Shown here: positions 21,312 to 30,345 of the stretch, piece after piece
Layout of the letters: each line of letters begins with the position of its first letter
How positions within the stretch are numbered: position 1 is the first letter of the stretch
Source of the DNA: Vulcanimicrobiota bacterium
GTDB taxonomy: Bacteria; Vulcanimicrobiota; Vulcanimicrobiia; Vulcanimicrobiales; Vulcanimicrobiaceae
NCBI GenBank assembly: GCA_963733295.1
Contig: CAVTCS010000003.1
Span: 1,216,001 to 1,280,000 of the forward strand
Reading direction: 5' to 3'
Length of the DNA: 64,000 nt
Notes under the pieces: model-generated
Told to the model about the DNA's origin: nothing
Databases searched by the model: none
Seen by the model: the letters and a program-made list of their open reading frames with translations, nothing else
Translations under genes and position numbers: made by a program

Positions 21312-21758
21312 ATGAAGATGCCGGTTCTTATCACGGCGTTGACGGCCGTGCTCATTTCGTTTTCCGCCCGCGTCGATGCACTGATGATGCCAGGTCAGAT
21401 TCGGGTCAACGAGTGCGTCCCTAACATCGGGACGCCTTCGCAAAGTTGGGTAGGTCCGTGGGGCGGTCTGCACACGAGTCTCGGCACACCGGCGACGTTG
21501 ACGATCCACTACGTGAACAAGTCAACCAAGACGGCATCCGCCATCGAATTCGCGCTCGTGGCGAACAACCGTGCACTCGCGGTCGTTCGCGACAACGGCA
21601 AATTCTCAACCAACGCCGTCATCAAGCACGTCTTCAATATCGCGAACAACATCGGTTTCGTCGGCACCGACCTGACGTACTGTGTGCCGCTTCGCATTCA
21701 CTACACGGACGGCAGCGTCTGGACCAATCCTCAGCTTCCGGAACATCCTCCAGTTTAG
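21312..21758 (+). CDS. Small secreted beta-rich protein (paralogue of 9736..10095)
   Basis: Signal peptide, two Cys, DNGKF...IKHVF, YTDGSVWTNP. Confidence 0.78.
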   Translation: MKMPVLITALTAVLISFSARVDALMMPGQIRVNECVPNIGTPSQSWVGPWGGLHTSLGTPATLTIHYVNKSTKTASAIEFALVANNRALAVVRDNGKFSTNAVIKHVFNIANNIGFVGTDLTYCVPLRIHYTDGSVWTNPQLPEHPPV

Positions 21759-21764
21759 CCTAAG

Positions 21765-22913
21765 CTACGGGTGGATGCGGCCGATCGTATTGAGGTCCGT
21801 GAACCAAATAGCGCCGTCAGGTCCCCGCGTGATTCCAGACGCTCCGAACGTCCCGTTGGGAATTGCGAACTCCGTGACGACTCCGTATGTGGTAATGCGC
21901 CCGATTTTGTTCACGAGATACTCGGTAAACCAAAGGTTCTTGTCCCGGCCGGCAACGATCTCCTGAGGGAACGATTCCATAGTCGGTGTCGGGAAATCGG
22001 TGTAGACGCCTGTTGTCGTCACCCTCGTGATCGAGTTGGGCTGAGTCGCAGACCATATGTTTCTGTCGGGACCCACCGCCAAACCATTTGGATGGAAAAA
22101 CGTGAAACTGGCGGGTGCGGGATATTCCACCATGGTGCCCGACGTCGTTATCGCGCCGATGACTCCAAAAAGAACATTGTATCCCGGTCCGCTGAACCAC
22201 ACCCGGCCGTCTGGACCGCCGGCAATCCCATACGGAATGGGGCTCGCTCCCGGTACCGGGTACTGCGTAACCGCACCGCTCGTCGTCATTTTGTCGACCG
22301 CTCCGTCCAAGTCGGTGAACCAGAGGTTACGGTCGAGTCCCGTGACGATCTGACCCTCCGCTTCGGAGCCAGCCGGAAGCGGATACAACGTGATGATTCC
22401 AGCCGTCGTGATTTTACCGACGAAATTCCCCGCGGCGAACCAAAGATTGCGGTCGGGACCTTCAACGATGCCCCACGGAATAGGGTTCTCAAATTCCGCC
22501 GGCGGAGGGATGTCGTACATCGTCACGACGCCGCCTGTCGTGATCTTGCCGATCTCGCTTTGCTGCACCGTAAACCAAAGGTTTCCATCGGGCCCTGCGA
22601 CGATGTCCCCCGCCGGCCCGACGTTGGGAGGCAACGGATACTCAGTGATCGCGTACGCTGGGTTTGTCGGCGACGGCGTCGCCACTGGCTGCGGGGTCGG
22701 GCTCGGACTGGGGGTGGCCGTGGGTGTAGGAACGCCTGCCGTCGCGGTTGGGCCTCCGGCAGCTCTTACATTCGAGCGCGTTGCCGACGAGTGCATTGCC
22801 GAATCTGAAGCGGCCAACGGAGCGGCCGGGCTCGTAGAACTCGAACACCCGATGCTCGCCAGCGAGATTACGCACAGCCCGAGCCAAGAAAGCGCGAAAA
22901 CGGGACGGTCTAT
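21765..22913 (-). CDS. Vgb/NHL-like beta-propeller lipoprotein (probable ATA start)
   Basis: Seven GPD.N.WF repeats, P/T linker; in-frame signal peptide ending SIGC upstream of first canonical start (22817). Confidence 0.82.
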   Translation of the reverse strand: MDRPVFALSWLGLCVISLASIGCSSSTSPAAPLAASDSAMHSSATRSNVRAAGGPTATAGVPTPTATPSPSPTPQPVATPSPTNPAYAITEYPLPPNVGPAGDIVAGPDGNLWFTVQQSEIGKITTGGVVTMYDIPPPAEFENPIPWGIVEGPDRNLWFAAGNFVGKITTAGIITLYPLPAGSEAEGQIVTGLDRNLWFTDLDGAVDKMTTSGAVTQYPVPGASPIPYGIAGGPDGRVWFSGPGYNVLFGVIGAITTSGTMVEYPAPASFTFFHPNGLAVGPDRNIWSATQPNSITRVTTTGVYTDFPTPTMESFPQEIVAGRDKNLWFTEYLVNKIGRITTYGVVTEFAIPNGTFGASGITRGPDGAIWFTDLNTIGRIHP

Positions 22914-23136
22914 AGCTCCAGCCCCACATGAACCATGGCGTCCGAGACAGCCAACTTGAGCCTAGCTTCAACGATAGAGGCGGCGTCTCGAAGAACCCCG
23001 TTTCAGAGCGGCCAGGTAATGCCTTCCTCGACAAGCTTGCTGTGAGCTAAAGTCTTACGCGAAGAGCATAGCGACGCTGTGCCGTCCGAGCGACGGCTCT
23101 TGACCCTCTTGGCCTGATTTCGTGCTAAGAGCGGGT

Positions 23137-23562
23137 TTAGCGGATCTCGTACCGATCGTACGGTTCGGCGCGTGAGAATTGGGCGACGCAGCTGTGCCCC
23201 AGCGCCCACGTGCTGAGGTCGGCCGGCAATGGTTCAGTTATGAACTTTACGCTCACGGCTTGGCCGGAGAGCAGATCGACATGATTGAAGCAGACATCGT
23301 AGCCACGAGCTACGACCGTCATGGCGATGTCGCCATTGTCGGCGTTGAGAACGGTGAAGAAACCGCGTTTGTCGGTCTTACGTACTTGATCACCGTACTG
23401 CGAATGCGCTCTGACCGTCGCGCCTGCAATTGGCAGTCCGTTACTATCGTACACGGTACCGCTGAGGTGGCCTGGCGCATCGGCCTTTAGCGCCAGCGGC
23501 GCCGCGGCAAGCGCGAGCGCAAACAGGGCGAGACTTGCTAGAGATCTACTTGCGAGAGTCAT
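23137..23562 (-). CDS. Secreted carboxypeptidase-regulatory-like domain protein
   Basis: GGAGG RBS, signal peptide, LSGTVYDSNGLPIAGATV...TDKRGFF. Confidence 0.8.
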   Translation of the reverse strand: MTLASRSLASLALFALALAAAPLALKADAPGHLSGTVYDSNGLPIAGATVRAHSQYGDQVRKTDKRGFFTVLNADNGDIAMTVVARGYDVCFNHVDLLSGQAVSVKFITEPLPADLSTWALGHSCVAQFSRAEPYDRYEIR

Positions 23563-23580
23563 TTTGCGAACCTCCGGGTA

Positions 23581-23678
23581 TATTCTACCCGGTTCTATTC
23601 TACCCCGATTTTGCCCGAATACCGCGATTAACAACTGCGTTTTTGATAAACAATTGCGATTGCGCTAAACAATTGCGC
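23581..23678. repeat. Short direct repeats beside tRNA-Pro 3' end
   Basis: TATTCTACCC at 23581 and 23596; TAAACAATTGCG at 23647 and 23666. Confidence 0.75.
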
Positions 23679-23755
23679 TGGTCGGGATGACAGGACTTGA
23701 ACCTGCGACCTCACGCTCCCAAAGCGCGCGCTCTACCAAGCTGAGCTACATCCCG
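23679..23755 (-). tRNA. tRNA-Pro(TGG)
   Basis: Cloverleaf, loop TTTGGGA, encoded CCA. Confidence 0.97.
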
Positions 23756-23764
23756 CGGGTCCGT

Positions 23765-24391
23765 CTATTCCCGGGGCGCTCGCTCGACCCCGCCTGGGGC
23801 GAGCGCGTCCCAGGCGTCGCGCAGCGCGCGCGCCGCGCGGCCGCGATGGCTAACGGCGCTCTTCTCGCTTTCCGGCAGTTCGGCGAAGGTCCGGAATTCC
23901 GGCGGGCACTCGAAGAGCGCATCGTACGAGAAGCCGCCCTCGCCACGTTCGCTCTGCGCGATTCGACCCGCGACGTCGCGAGTCGCAGCGAGTTCGCGGC
24001 CGTCGCCTGCAATGAAGTGCAATGCGCAGACGAAACGTGCGCTGCGGTCGCCGGCGCGTGAAGCATCGAGCTCCCGCAACATGAGCGCGCGCCGCTCGCG
24101 CCACCCGATCTCCTCGCTTCCGTAGCGCGCCGACAAGACGCCCGGTCTCCCGCCTAAGGCAGCAACTTCGATGCCCGAATCGTCGCCGAGAACTGCCGGA
24201 GCATTCCCACGCGCGAGCAACTGCGCGCGCAACGCGCGCGCTTTTAACGCCGCGTTAGCTTCGTAGGAGTCCTCGCCTTCCGGAGGATCGACGTAACCGG
24301 CCTCTGCTTCGATTTGCCAGCCGAGCGGCGCGAAGATCGCCCGCAGTTCCCGCAGTTTTCCGGCGTTCTTCGTCGCCGCGACCACGCGCAT
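23765..24391 (-). CDS. rdgB: Non-canonical purine NTP pyrophosphatase (HAM1 family)
   Basis: ATKNAGK, DDSG, PGVLSARY, GFSYD, SHR. Confidence 0.93.
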   Translation of the reverse strand: MRVVAATKNAGKLRELRAIFAPLGWQIEAEAGYVDPPEGEDSYEANAALKARALRAQLLARGNAPAVLGDDSGIEVAALGGRPGVLSARYGSEEIGWRERRALMLRELDASRAGDRSARFVCALHFIAGDGRELAATRDVAGRIAQSERGEGGFSYDALFECPPEFRTFAELPESEKSAVSHRGRAARALRDAWDALAPGGVERAPRE

Positions 24392-24395
24392 GCCC

Positions 24396-24839
24396 TTAGA
24401 CGAGCGCGCCGCTCACGCGATAAGCCGTTCCCCGAAAGAGCGCGATGGGCGATCCGTCCGGTGCGCTGACCGTAACGTCGTACGTGCCGGTGCGGCCGCC
24501 GGCCGCGCGCTCTTCCGCAATCGCCGACAGACGCTCGCCGGCGCGGGCGGGGGCCGCAAACGAGATCGAAGCCGTAAGCGCGACGGTGCGCTCGTTGCGC
24601 GAGTTACACGCATAGGCGAACGCGGTGTCGGCGAGCGCGAACAGAATGCCGCCGTGGCAAATGTCGTGCCCGTTGAGCATGTCTTCTCTCACCGTCATGC
24701 TGCATTTTGCGTAGCCTATCGACGTCGCGACCACTTCGATCCCTAACGTCTGCGCCGCACGATCGCGGGCGTACATCGCCTCGGCGACGCGTCGCGCTAG
24801 CGCGTCGCCCGCTTCGCCGTCGCCGGCCGGTTGGTTCAC
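24396..24839 (-). CDS. paaI: Phenylacetyl-CoA thioesterase (hotdog fold)
   Basis: MLNGHDICHGGILFALADTAFAYACN; GTG overlaps paaN stop. Confidence 0.92.
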   Translation of the reverse strand: MNQPAGDGEAGDALARRVAEAMYARDRAAQTLGIEVVATSIGYAKCSMTVREDMLNGHDICHGGILFALADTAFAYACNSRNERTVALTASISFAAPARAGERLSAIAEERAAGGRTGTYDVTVSAPDGSPIALFRGTAYRVSGALV

Positions 24840-26515
24840 CCCGCGGCCGGAACGCGCGACTGAACGATCCGGAAGCGCCCCGCGACGAACTGCGCGTCGG
24901 TCAGCGCGGCGTTGCCGGCTGGATTTGCGCCGCTGACGTGGTAGTCGCTGAACGCCGAGGACTGGTTCACGTAGATGTTCCCCGTCAAGTTGCACGAGAG
25001 CGCGACGCCGGCGGCGGCTGCGGCGTCGAGCGCCGCGTCGAGCACGCTCTCGTTCGTGGAGTAGATCGCGCCGGTGATCGCGCCGCGTTCTTTGGCGAGC
25101 CGCATCGCCTGCGCGATGCTCTCGGCCGTATCGGCCGTCGGAACGATGAAGGCGATCGGTCCGAACTGCTCGCGTTCGTGAAGACCGCGCGTCTTCGCGT
25201 CGACCTTGAGGATCAGCGGAGTCCGCACGCGCGCCTCGGGATAGCGCGGATCGTTTACTTTGCGGGAAGCTAAAACCACCTCGCCGGCGCCGGCCGCCGA
25301 GTCGAGCCGCGTGAGGGTCGCCTCGCTCGCGATCGCGCCGAGTAACTCGACCGCCTTGTCGTCGGCGGCAGTCAAAGCGCCGACCGCGTCGGCAATCGCG
25401 CCGGCCACCGCATCCAGCGAAACTCGCTCGCCCGCAACCACGATACCGTCGCGCGGGACGAACACGTTCTGCGGCGTCGTGCACATCTGCCCCGAATACA
25501 GCGTCAGCGAGAACGCGATGTTTTTCGCCATCGCGGCCAGATCGTCGGTCGAGTCGACGACGATCGAATTGACGCCCGCCTTTTCCGTATAAACCAGCGC
25601 GTGCTTGACGTTCGTTTCGAGCCAGTCGCCGAATTCGTTACCGCCCGTGAAATCGACGATTCCGATCGCCGGATTCGAGGCCAACTCCTTGGCGAGCGGC
25701 GCGCTCGGCTCGTCGGCGGCGAGTTGAATGACGTTCGGGTCGAAGCCGTTCTCGCGCAACACCTCTCGCGCAATCTCGACGGTTATGGCGAGCGGCAAAA
25801 TCGCGTAGGGATGCGGCTTGACGATCACCGCGTTGCCGGTAACCAGATCGGCGAAGATCGCCGGATAAGCGTTCCAGGTGGGAAAGGTCGAGCAACCGAT
25901 GACCAGGCCGATGCCCCGTGGTACGATCCGGAAACGTTTGTGCAGGCGGATCGGCGGGTTCTTGCCCTGCGGCTTTTCCCAATCGGTTTCGCGCGGCACC
26001 GACGACATCTCCGCATATGCGTACGCGACCGCCTCGAGTGCCCGGTCTTGTGCGTGCGGACCGCCCGCTTGGAACGCCATCATGAGCCCTTGTCCCGTTG
26101 TGTGCATCACGCTGAAAGCGAGTTCCCACGACCTGCGATTTAAGCGCTCGAGGATCTCGAGCGCGACGCCGGCGCGCACCTCGACGGAAGCCGCCGCCCA
26201 CCCGTGGCCCGCGACTTTCGCCGCCGCAACCAATTGCGCGACGTCGGGCTTCGGGTAACGAATCCCCAAAACGAACCCGTACGGGGACTTCTCGACACCG
26301 ACCGTCCCCCCGCTCGAAGGCTGGTCGAGCGCAAACTCAGTTCGCATCCGAGCCTTGAAGGCTGCTTCGCCGTCCTCGCGGCCGGTTTCGCCATAAAATT
26401 TCGGACTCGGCAGCTCCGGGTACGCACTCCAGTACGTGCGCTCGCGGATCGCCCGAACGGCCCCGTCGATCGTCTGCTGGTGTTTGTCAAAGAGACTGGC
26501 CGGTGCGTCGATCAT
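24836..26515 (-). CDS. paaN: Phenylacetate degradation aldehyde dehydrogenase
   Basis: FQAGGPHAQDR, CSTFPTWN, EKAGVN, YSGQMCTTPQ, VNQSSAFSDYH. Confidence 0.92.
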   Translation of the reverse strand: MIDAPASLFDKHQQTIDGAVRAIRERTYWSAYPELPSPKFYGETGREDGEAAFKARMRTEFALDQPSSGGTVGVEKSPYGFVLGIRYPKPDVAQLVAAAKVAGHGWAAASVEVRAGVALEILERLNRRSWELAFSVMHTTGQGLMMAFQAGGPHAQDRALEAVAYAYAEMSSVPRETDWEKPQGKNPPIRLHKRFRIVPRGIGLVIGCSTFPTWNAYPAIFADLVTGNAVIVKPHPYAILPLAITVEIAREVLRENGFDPNVIQLAADEPSAPLAKELASNPAIGIVDFTGGNEFGDWLETNVKHALVYTEKAGVNSIVVDSTDDLAAMAKNIAFSLTLYSGQMCTTPQNVFVPRDGIVVAGERVSLDAVAGAIADAVGALTAADDKAVELLGAIASEATLTRLDSAAGAGEVVLASRKVNDPRYPEARVRTPLILKVDAKTRGLHEREQFGPIAFIVPTADTAESIAQAMRLAKERGAITGAIYSTNESVLDAALDAAAAAGVALSCNLTGNIYVNQSSAFSDYHVSGANPAGNAALTDAQFVAGRFRIVQSRVPAAG

Positions 26516-26559
26516 AGCGGCCAAAGGCTTCCCAAACGCACTGGCGGCAACCTTCGCCT

Positions 26560-26853
26560 ATGGAATCGAGCCGGATTCGCGAGCTCATCGTATTGAAAGG
26601 TCGCGTTCAAGGCGTCGGGTTACGGGACCATGTCGTTCAAGTCGCGCGCAGTCACGGCGTCGCGGGGACGGTTCGCAATCTGCGCAGCGGCGACGCGGTC
26701 GAGATCGACGTCGAGGGCGAGCGCCCGCACCTCGAGGCGTTCCTGGGCGACGTCGTTGCGAATTTGCCGTCCTTCGCGATCGTCGAATCGGTGCGACGCG
26801 AACCGGCCATGCCGCGGGGTGCGACAGGCTTTCGTATCGGGTCGACCTTCTGA
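26560..26853 (+). CDS. acyP: Acylphosphatase
   Basis: GRVQGVG.R and GTVRN motifs. Confidence 0.88.
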   Translation: MESSRIRELIVLKGRVQGVGLRDHVVQVARSHGVAGTVRNLRSGDAVEIDVEGERPHLEAFLGDVVANLPSFAIVESVRREPAMPRGATGFRIGSTF

Positions 26854-26865
26854 GAACGCGAGCTG

Positions 26866-28344
26866 CTAGCTTCCGGGCGCCCCTGCCGGTGAGATCGGCT
26901 TGAGTCCGGACCGCGGCCGGCTGTGAGGAGGCATCGGATCCATCCCGTGAATCTCGAGATCTCCGCCCTCGACCTCCGCATCGCTCGCTCGCAAGGGAAA
27001 GACGAGCGACACCAACTTCAAGACGAGGAACGTCATCACGACGTTCCAGCCGATGATCACCGCCGCCGCTTCGGCTTGATGTGCTAGCTGCGTGAAGTTT
27101 CCGTGGAAGATCGCGCCTTCGACCGATACCGCAGGCGTTTTCTTGTCGCGGCTCAGGTACTCGAACATCGCCGGATTGGCGACGACTCCGACCATCAGGC
27201 CGCCGACCAGTCCCGCCACGCCGTGCGTGTGCAGCACGCCGAACGTGTCGTCGACTCGCTTGAGAAACGCCATCTTTCCGATTTTATTGAGACTGAACCA
27301 CGAGACGCCGCCGCCCACGACGCCGATCGCCATCGCCCCATATCCGTCGACGAAACCGGCGGCCGGCGTGATGGCGACGAGACCCGTGATCATGCCGTTG
27401 ACCATCGACACCGCATTCGGTTTGCCGGTCGCGAACATGTCGAGCACGAGCCAGGTCAGCAGCGCGAGCGCGGTCGCGATGTTCGTATTGAGGACTGCGG
27501 CTCCCGCGTCGGCATTTGCAAAGTACGGGTCGCCACCGTTGAAGCCGTTCCATCCGAGCCAGAGCAACCCGGCGCCGGCGAGCGCCATGATCAAGTTGTT
27601 CGGCTCGAAATCTTCCCGGTCTTCGATGAGACGCGGGCCGACGACCGCTGCCGCGACGAAACCCGAAACTCCGGCTGCCAAGTGGATGACGTAGCCGCCG
27701 GAGTAGTCGACGGCGCCCATTTGCGCGAGCCATCCGCCGCCCCAGAGCATGAATGCGCCGGCGGTGTACACGATCGTGCTCCACAGCGGGACGAAGAGCA
27801 TCCAGGCTTTGAAGTTCATGCGACCCAGGACCGAGCCTGCGATCAAGATCGGCGTGATGGCTGCGAACACGAACTGGAAATAGATCATCGCCGAGCCGGG
27901 GAAGCGCAACGGCGGAAAACCGCTGCCCGCCAGCGGAATCGTGGCTTGACCGATCTCGGCGGCCGGCGATAGTGCGGGATGCGGTATGCCGATGAGCTGC
28001 GAGAACATCCCGGGCCCGAGCCGCGCCGGCGCGCCGAAGGACATATTGTAGCCCCACAGCGTCCAGACGACCAGCACGATCGAGAACGCGTAGAAGCACA
28101 TGACCGCGGAATTGAGCGCCCACTTCTTCTTCACGAGCCCCGCGTACAGAATCGCGAGCCCCGGAATGCTCTGCATTCCGACAAAGGTTGCAGCGGTGAG
28201 TTGCCACGCCGTATCGCCCGAATTCAGAAAAGCGGGCGCGGGGATATACGGATTCGCATCGGCGAAGAGCAATATCTGACCCCCACGGGCGTTCGAGATC
28301 TTTGCTCTAGCGTAGCTTGCGGCGCTCAGTAACGCATTAGACAT
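26866..28344 (-). CDS. amtB: Ammonium transporter
   Basis: FQFVFAAIT, DYSGGYVIH, GW.GFNGG, LVAITPAAG, DDTFGV..HG. Confidence 0.95.
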   Translation of the reverse strand: MSNALLSAASYARAKISNARGGQILLFADANPYIPAPAFLNSGDTAWQLTAATFVGMQSIPGLAILYAGLVKKKWALNSAVMCFYAFSIVLVVWTLWGYNMSFGAPARLGPGMFSQLIGIPHPALSPAAEIGQATIPLAGSGFPPLRFPGSAMIYFQFVFAAITPILIAGSVLGRMNFKAWMLFVPLWSTIVYTAGAFMLWGGGWLAQMGAVDYSGGYVIHLAAGVSGFVAAAVVGPRLIEDREDFEPNNLIMALAGAGLLWLGWNGFNGGDPYFANADAGAAVLNTNIATALALLTWLVLDMFATGKPNAVSMVNGMITGLVAITPAAGFVDGYGAMAIGVVGGGVSWFSLNKIGKMAFLKRVDDTFGVLHTHGVAGLVGGLMVGVVANPAMFEYLSRDKKTPAVSVEGAIFHGNFTQLAHQAEAAAVIIGWNVVMTFLVLKLVSLVFPLRASDAEVEGGDLEIHGMDPMPPHSRPRSGLKPISPAGAPGS

Positions 28345-28377
28345 GCGGCGCACGTGCGCGGACCGCGGTTGTCCAAA

Positions 28378-29421
28378 CTAAAAGACCGGGATGATGTCCT
28401 CGGGTCCGATATCCCCGACGTCGACGCCGTCGAGATCGAGTTCGGGGATGGCTGGGAACGCGATGCCCCACTTTTCGACGATCGCGCGGACGCGCGCGAG
28501 TGCCAGGCGCCAGTTGTCCGCCTGTTCGTCGAAGGTTAGAACACCGAGGCCGCCCTGCCGGGCGTGCTCGACGAGAACCCGGTGGTTGGGCAAGAAATAG
28601 TCCGGAATCTCCCAAAACTGGTTCGGCGGCTCCCACAAGATCATCGATAGGAAAACGAAGCCTGCGCGCAGCTGGCGCGTGATCAGCGTTTTGTACTCGT
28701 CGGTGAGCCCCGGCCAGTCTTTTTCGAGAATCGTCAAGCAGATCGCGAGATGCCGCGCCTCGTCTTGACCGACTTTCTTGAAAATTTCGCGGAAAACCGG
28801 ATGCGTCGCCTTCTTCGACATCCCGAAGAACAGCGTCGAGCTAGCGACCTCGCCCATCATGAACGAAGTAAACAGGACGCTCAGCGGATACTTGCCGAGC
28901 GATTCGCCGTAGCCTTTCCAGTAGCGGCCGCCATTGTGATAGAGCCACTGGATGTTGTTGACCGCCGCGCGCTCGAGATCGGTCTTCGGTTCGAAGTCTA
29001 GCGGGCCACCCGGTACGAGTTTCTGGATCGCGCGCTGGCAGCATTCCTCGTGATTCATCTCGTCGCGAGTGATCGAAAAGAAACACTTACGCACTGGATC
29101 TTCGGTGTGCATTTCAAACGCGTGAATCATGGCCTTTGCGAAGACCGCGGGGCCCGAGCCGTCGAAATTTGCGAGCACCGCGTACCAGTACATGATGCCG
29201 ATGCGCTGCTCGGGAGTGAAGTCCGCAGCGCGCAACTGGTCCCACGGAAAATCCGCCGGGTTGTAGATCTGCAGCTTCGAGCGCTCGTACAACTCGGCGA
29301 GTTTCTCGGTCTCGACGCGCCACTCCATCGGGAAAATGTTGGGCTGCGGCACGGGCGGCGCCGGGACGAACCCACCCTCCGGGATGACGATCCCGGGAAC
29401 CTTGCTCGTGTAGACGGCCAT
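28378..29421 (-). CDS. Ferritin-like diiron-carboxylate protein of unknown function
   Basis: D(NFDG)...DEMNH...E(GEVAS)...DEARH ligand pattern; AGGGAG RBS. Confidence 0.8.
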   Translation of the reverse strand: MAVYTSKVPGIVIPEGGFVPAPPVPQPNIFPMEWRVETEKLAELYERSKLQIYNPADFPWDQLRAADFTPEQRIGIMYWYAVLANFDGSGPAVFAKAMIHAFEMHTEDPVRKCFFSITRDEMNHEECCQRAIQKLVPGGPLDFEPKTDLERAAVNNIQWLYHNGGRYWKGYGESLGKYPLSVLFTSFMMGEVASSTLFFGMSKKATHPVFREIFKKVGQDEARHLAICLTILEKDWPGLTDEYKTLITRQLRAGFVFLSMILWEPPNQFWEIPDYFLPNHRVLVEHARQGGLGVLTFDEQADNWRLALARVRAIVEKWGIAFPAIPELDLDGVDVGDIGPEDIIPVF

Positions 29422-29432
29422 GGATTCTCCCT

Positions 29433-29465
29433 ACCAAATGGTCGGTTAACCTCCCCAGTATACCA
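29433..29465 (-). promoter_or_regulatory. Extended -10 promoter (TGGTATACT) and PaaR-like operator ACCAAATGGTCGGT
   Basis: -10 at 29457-29462; imperfect palindrome 29433-29446 between predicted TSS and RBS. Confidence 0.6.
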
Positions 29466-29476
29466 CGGGGGATACG

Positions 29477-30055
29477 CTAGGCACGCAAACCCTCGATCGC
29501 GAGGCGTGAAATCGTGGCAGCGACCTCCGCGGCACTCAACCGGCCGCCCGGCCGGTACCACTCGACGGCCGAGTTCGACAACCCGAAGACGAGTCGAGCG
29601 GCCACCGCCGGGTCAATGTCCCGGCGCACGGTCCCCTCGGTCTGCGCCTCCGCGATCAAGTCGGCGACGATCCGGTCGAAACGACGACGGCGCTCGATCG
29701 CCTCCCGCTCGGTGAGCGAGTTCCCGCGCACCCCGAAAAGCACGCTTAGTTCGGGAAGCAGTTCGAGCGTGGTTGTAGCGACCCGCCCGACGATGTACTC
29801 GAGGCGCGCGAACGGCTCGCCCCGGCTGGCTCGCTTCTCTTCGAGGATCGCGAAAAGCGCGTCGAGCGCCCGGCGCAGTCCTCGCGCCAGCAGTTCTTCT
29901 TTGCCGGCGACGTGGTGGTAGATGCTCGCTTTCGTGATACCGGCGGCCCGCGCGACGTCGTCCATCGACGCGCCGTCGAAACCGCGTTCCGCGAAGACGC
30001 GCAATGCGACGTCGGTGAGCGAGTCGATGTCGTAAGGCTTACGCGCGTCGGTCAT
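29477..30055 (-). CDS. TetR-family regulator, PaaR-like
   Basis: TetR HTH (GITKASIYHH), RRRFD and NSAVEWYRP as in actinobacterial paa regulators; near paaN/paaI. Confidence 0.8.
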   Translation of the reverse strand: MTDARKPYDIDSLTDVALRVFAERGFDGASMDDVARAAGITKASIYHHVAGKEELLARGLRRALDALFAILEEKRASRGEPFARLEYIVGRVATTTLELLPELSVLFGVRGNSLTEREAIERRRRFDRIVADLIAEAQTEGTVRRDIDPAVAARLVFGLSNSAVEWYRPGGRLSAAEVAATISRLAIEGLRA

Positions 30056-30345
30056 CGCGGGCTTCGCGACGCACGAACGCCGCGAACTTTCGCGGCGTTG
30101 GTGTCGGTTGGTGTCGGAGTTCCGTGCGTGCGACCTGTCGGAAAACTTCCGTGCGGTTCGGTTCGCTTCGCGACTCGACCGGGGTTGTCAGGCGCGTTCG
30201 CCGGTTCCGAAAGCCTGCCCGGGTGGATCTTCCGAGATAATCGGCCTCCTCGGCGGCTCGCGAGTGGAAATGTCTAGACACTACTAGTATAGCTCCGCGG
30301 GTTCCGGCATGTAAAGTGGCAGTCCACACTCAATACCGTTCGCGT

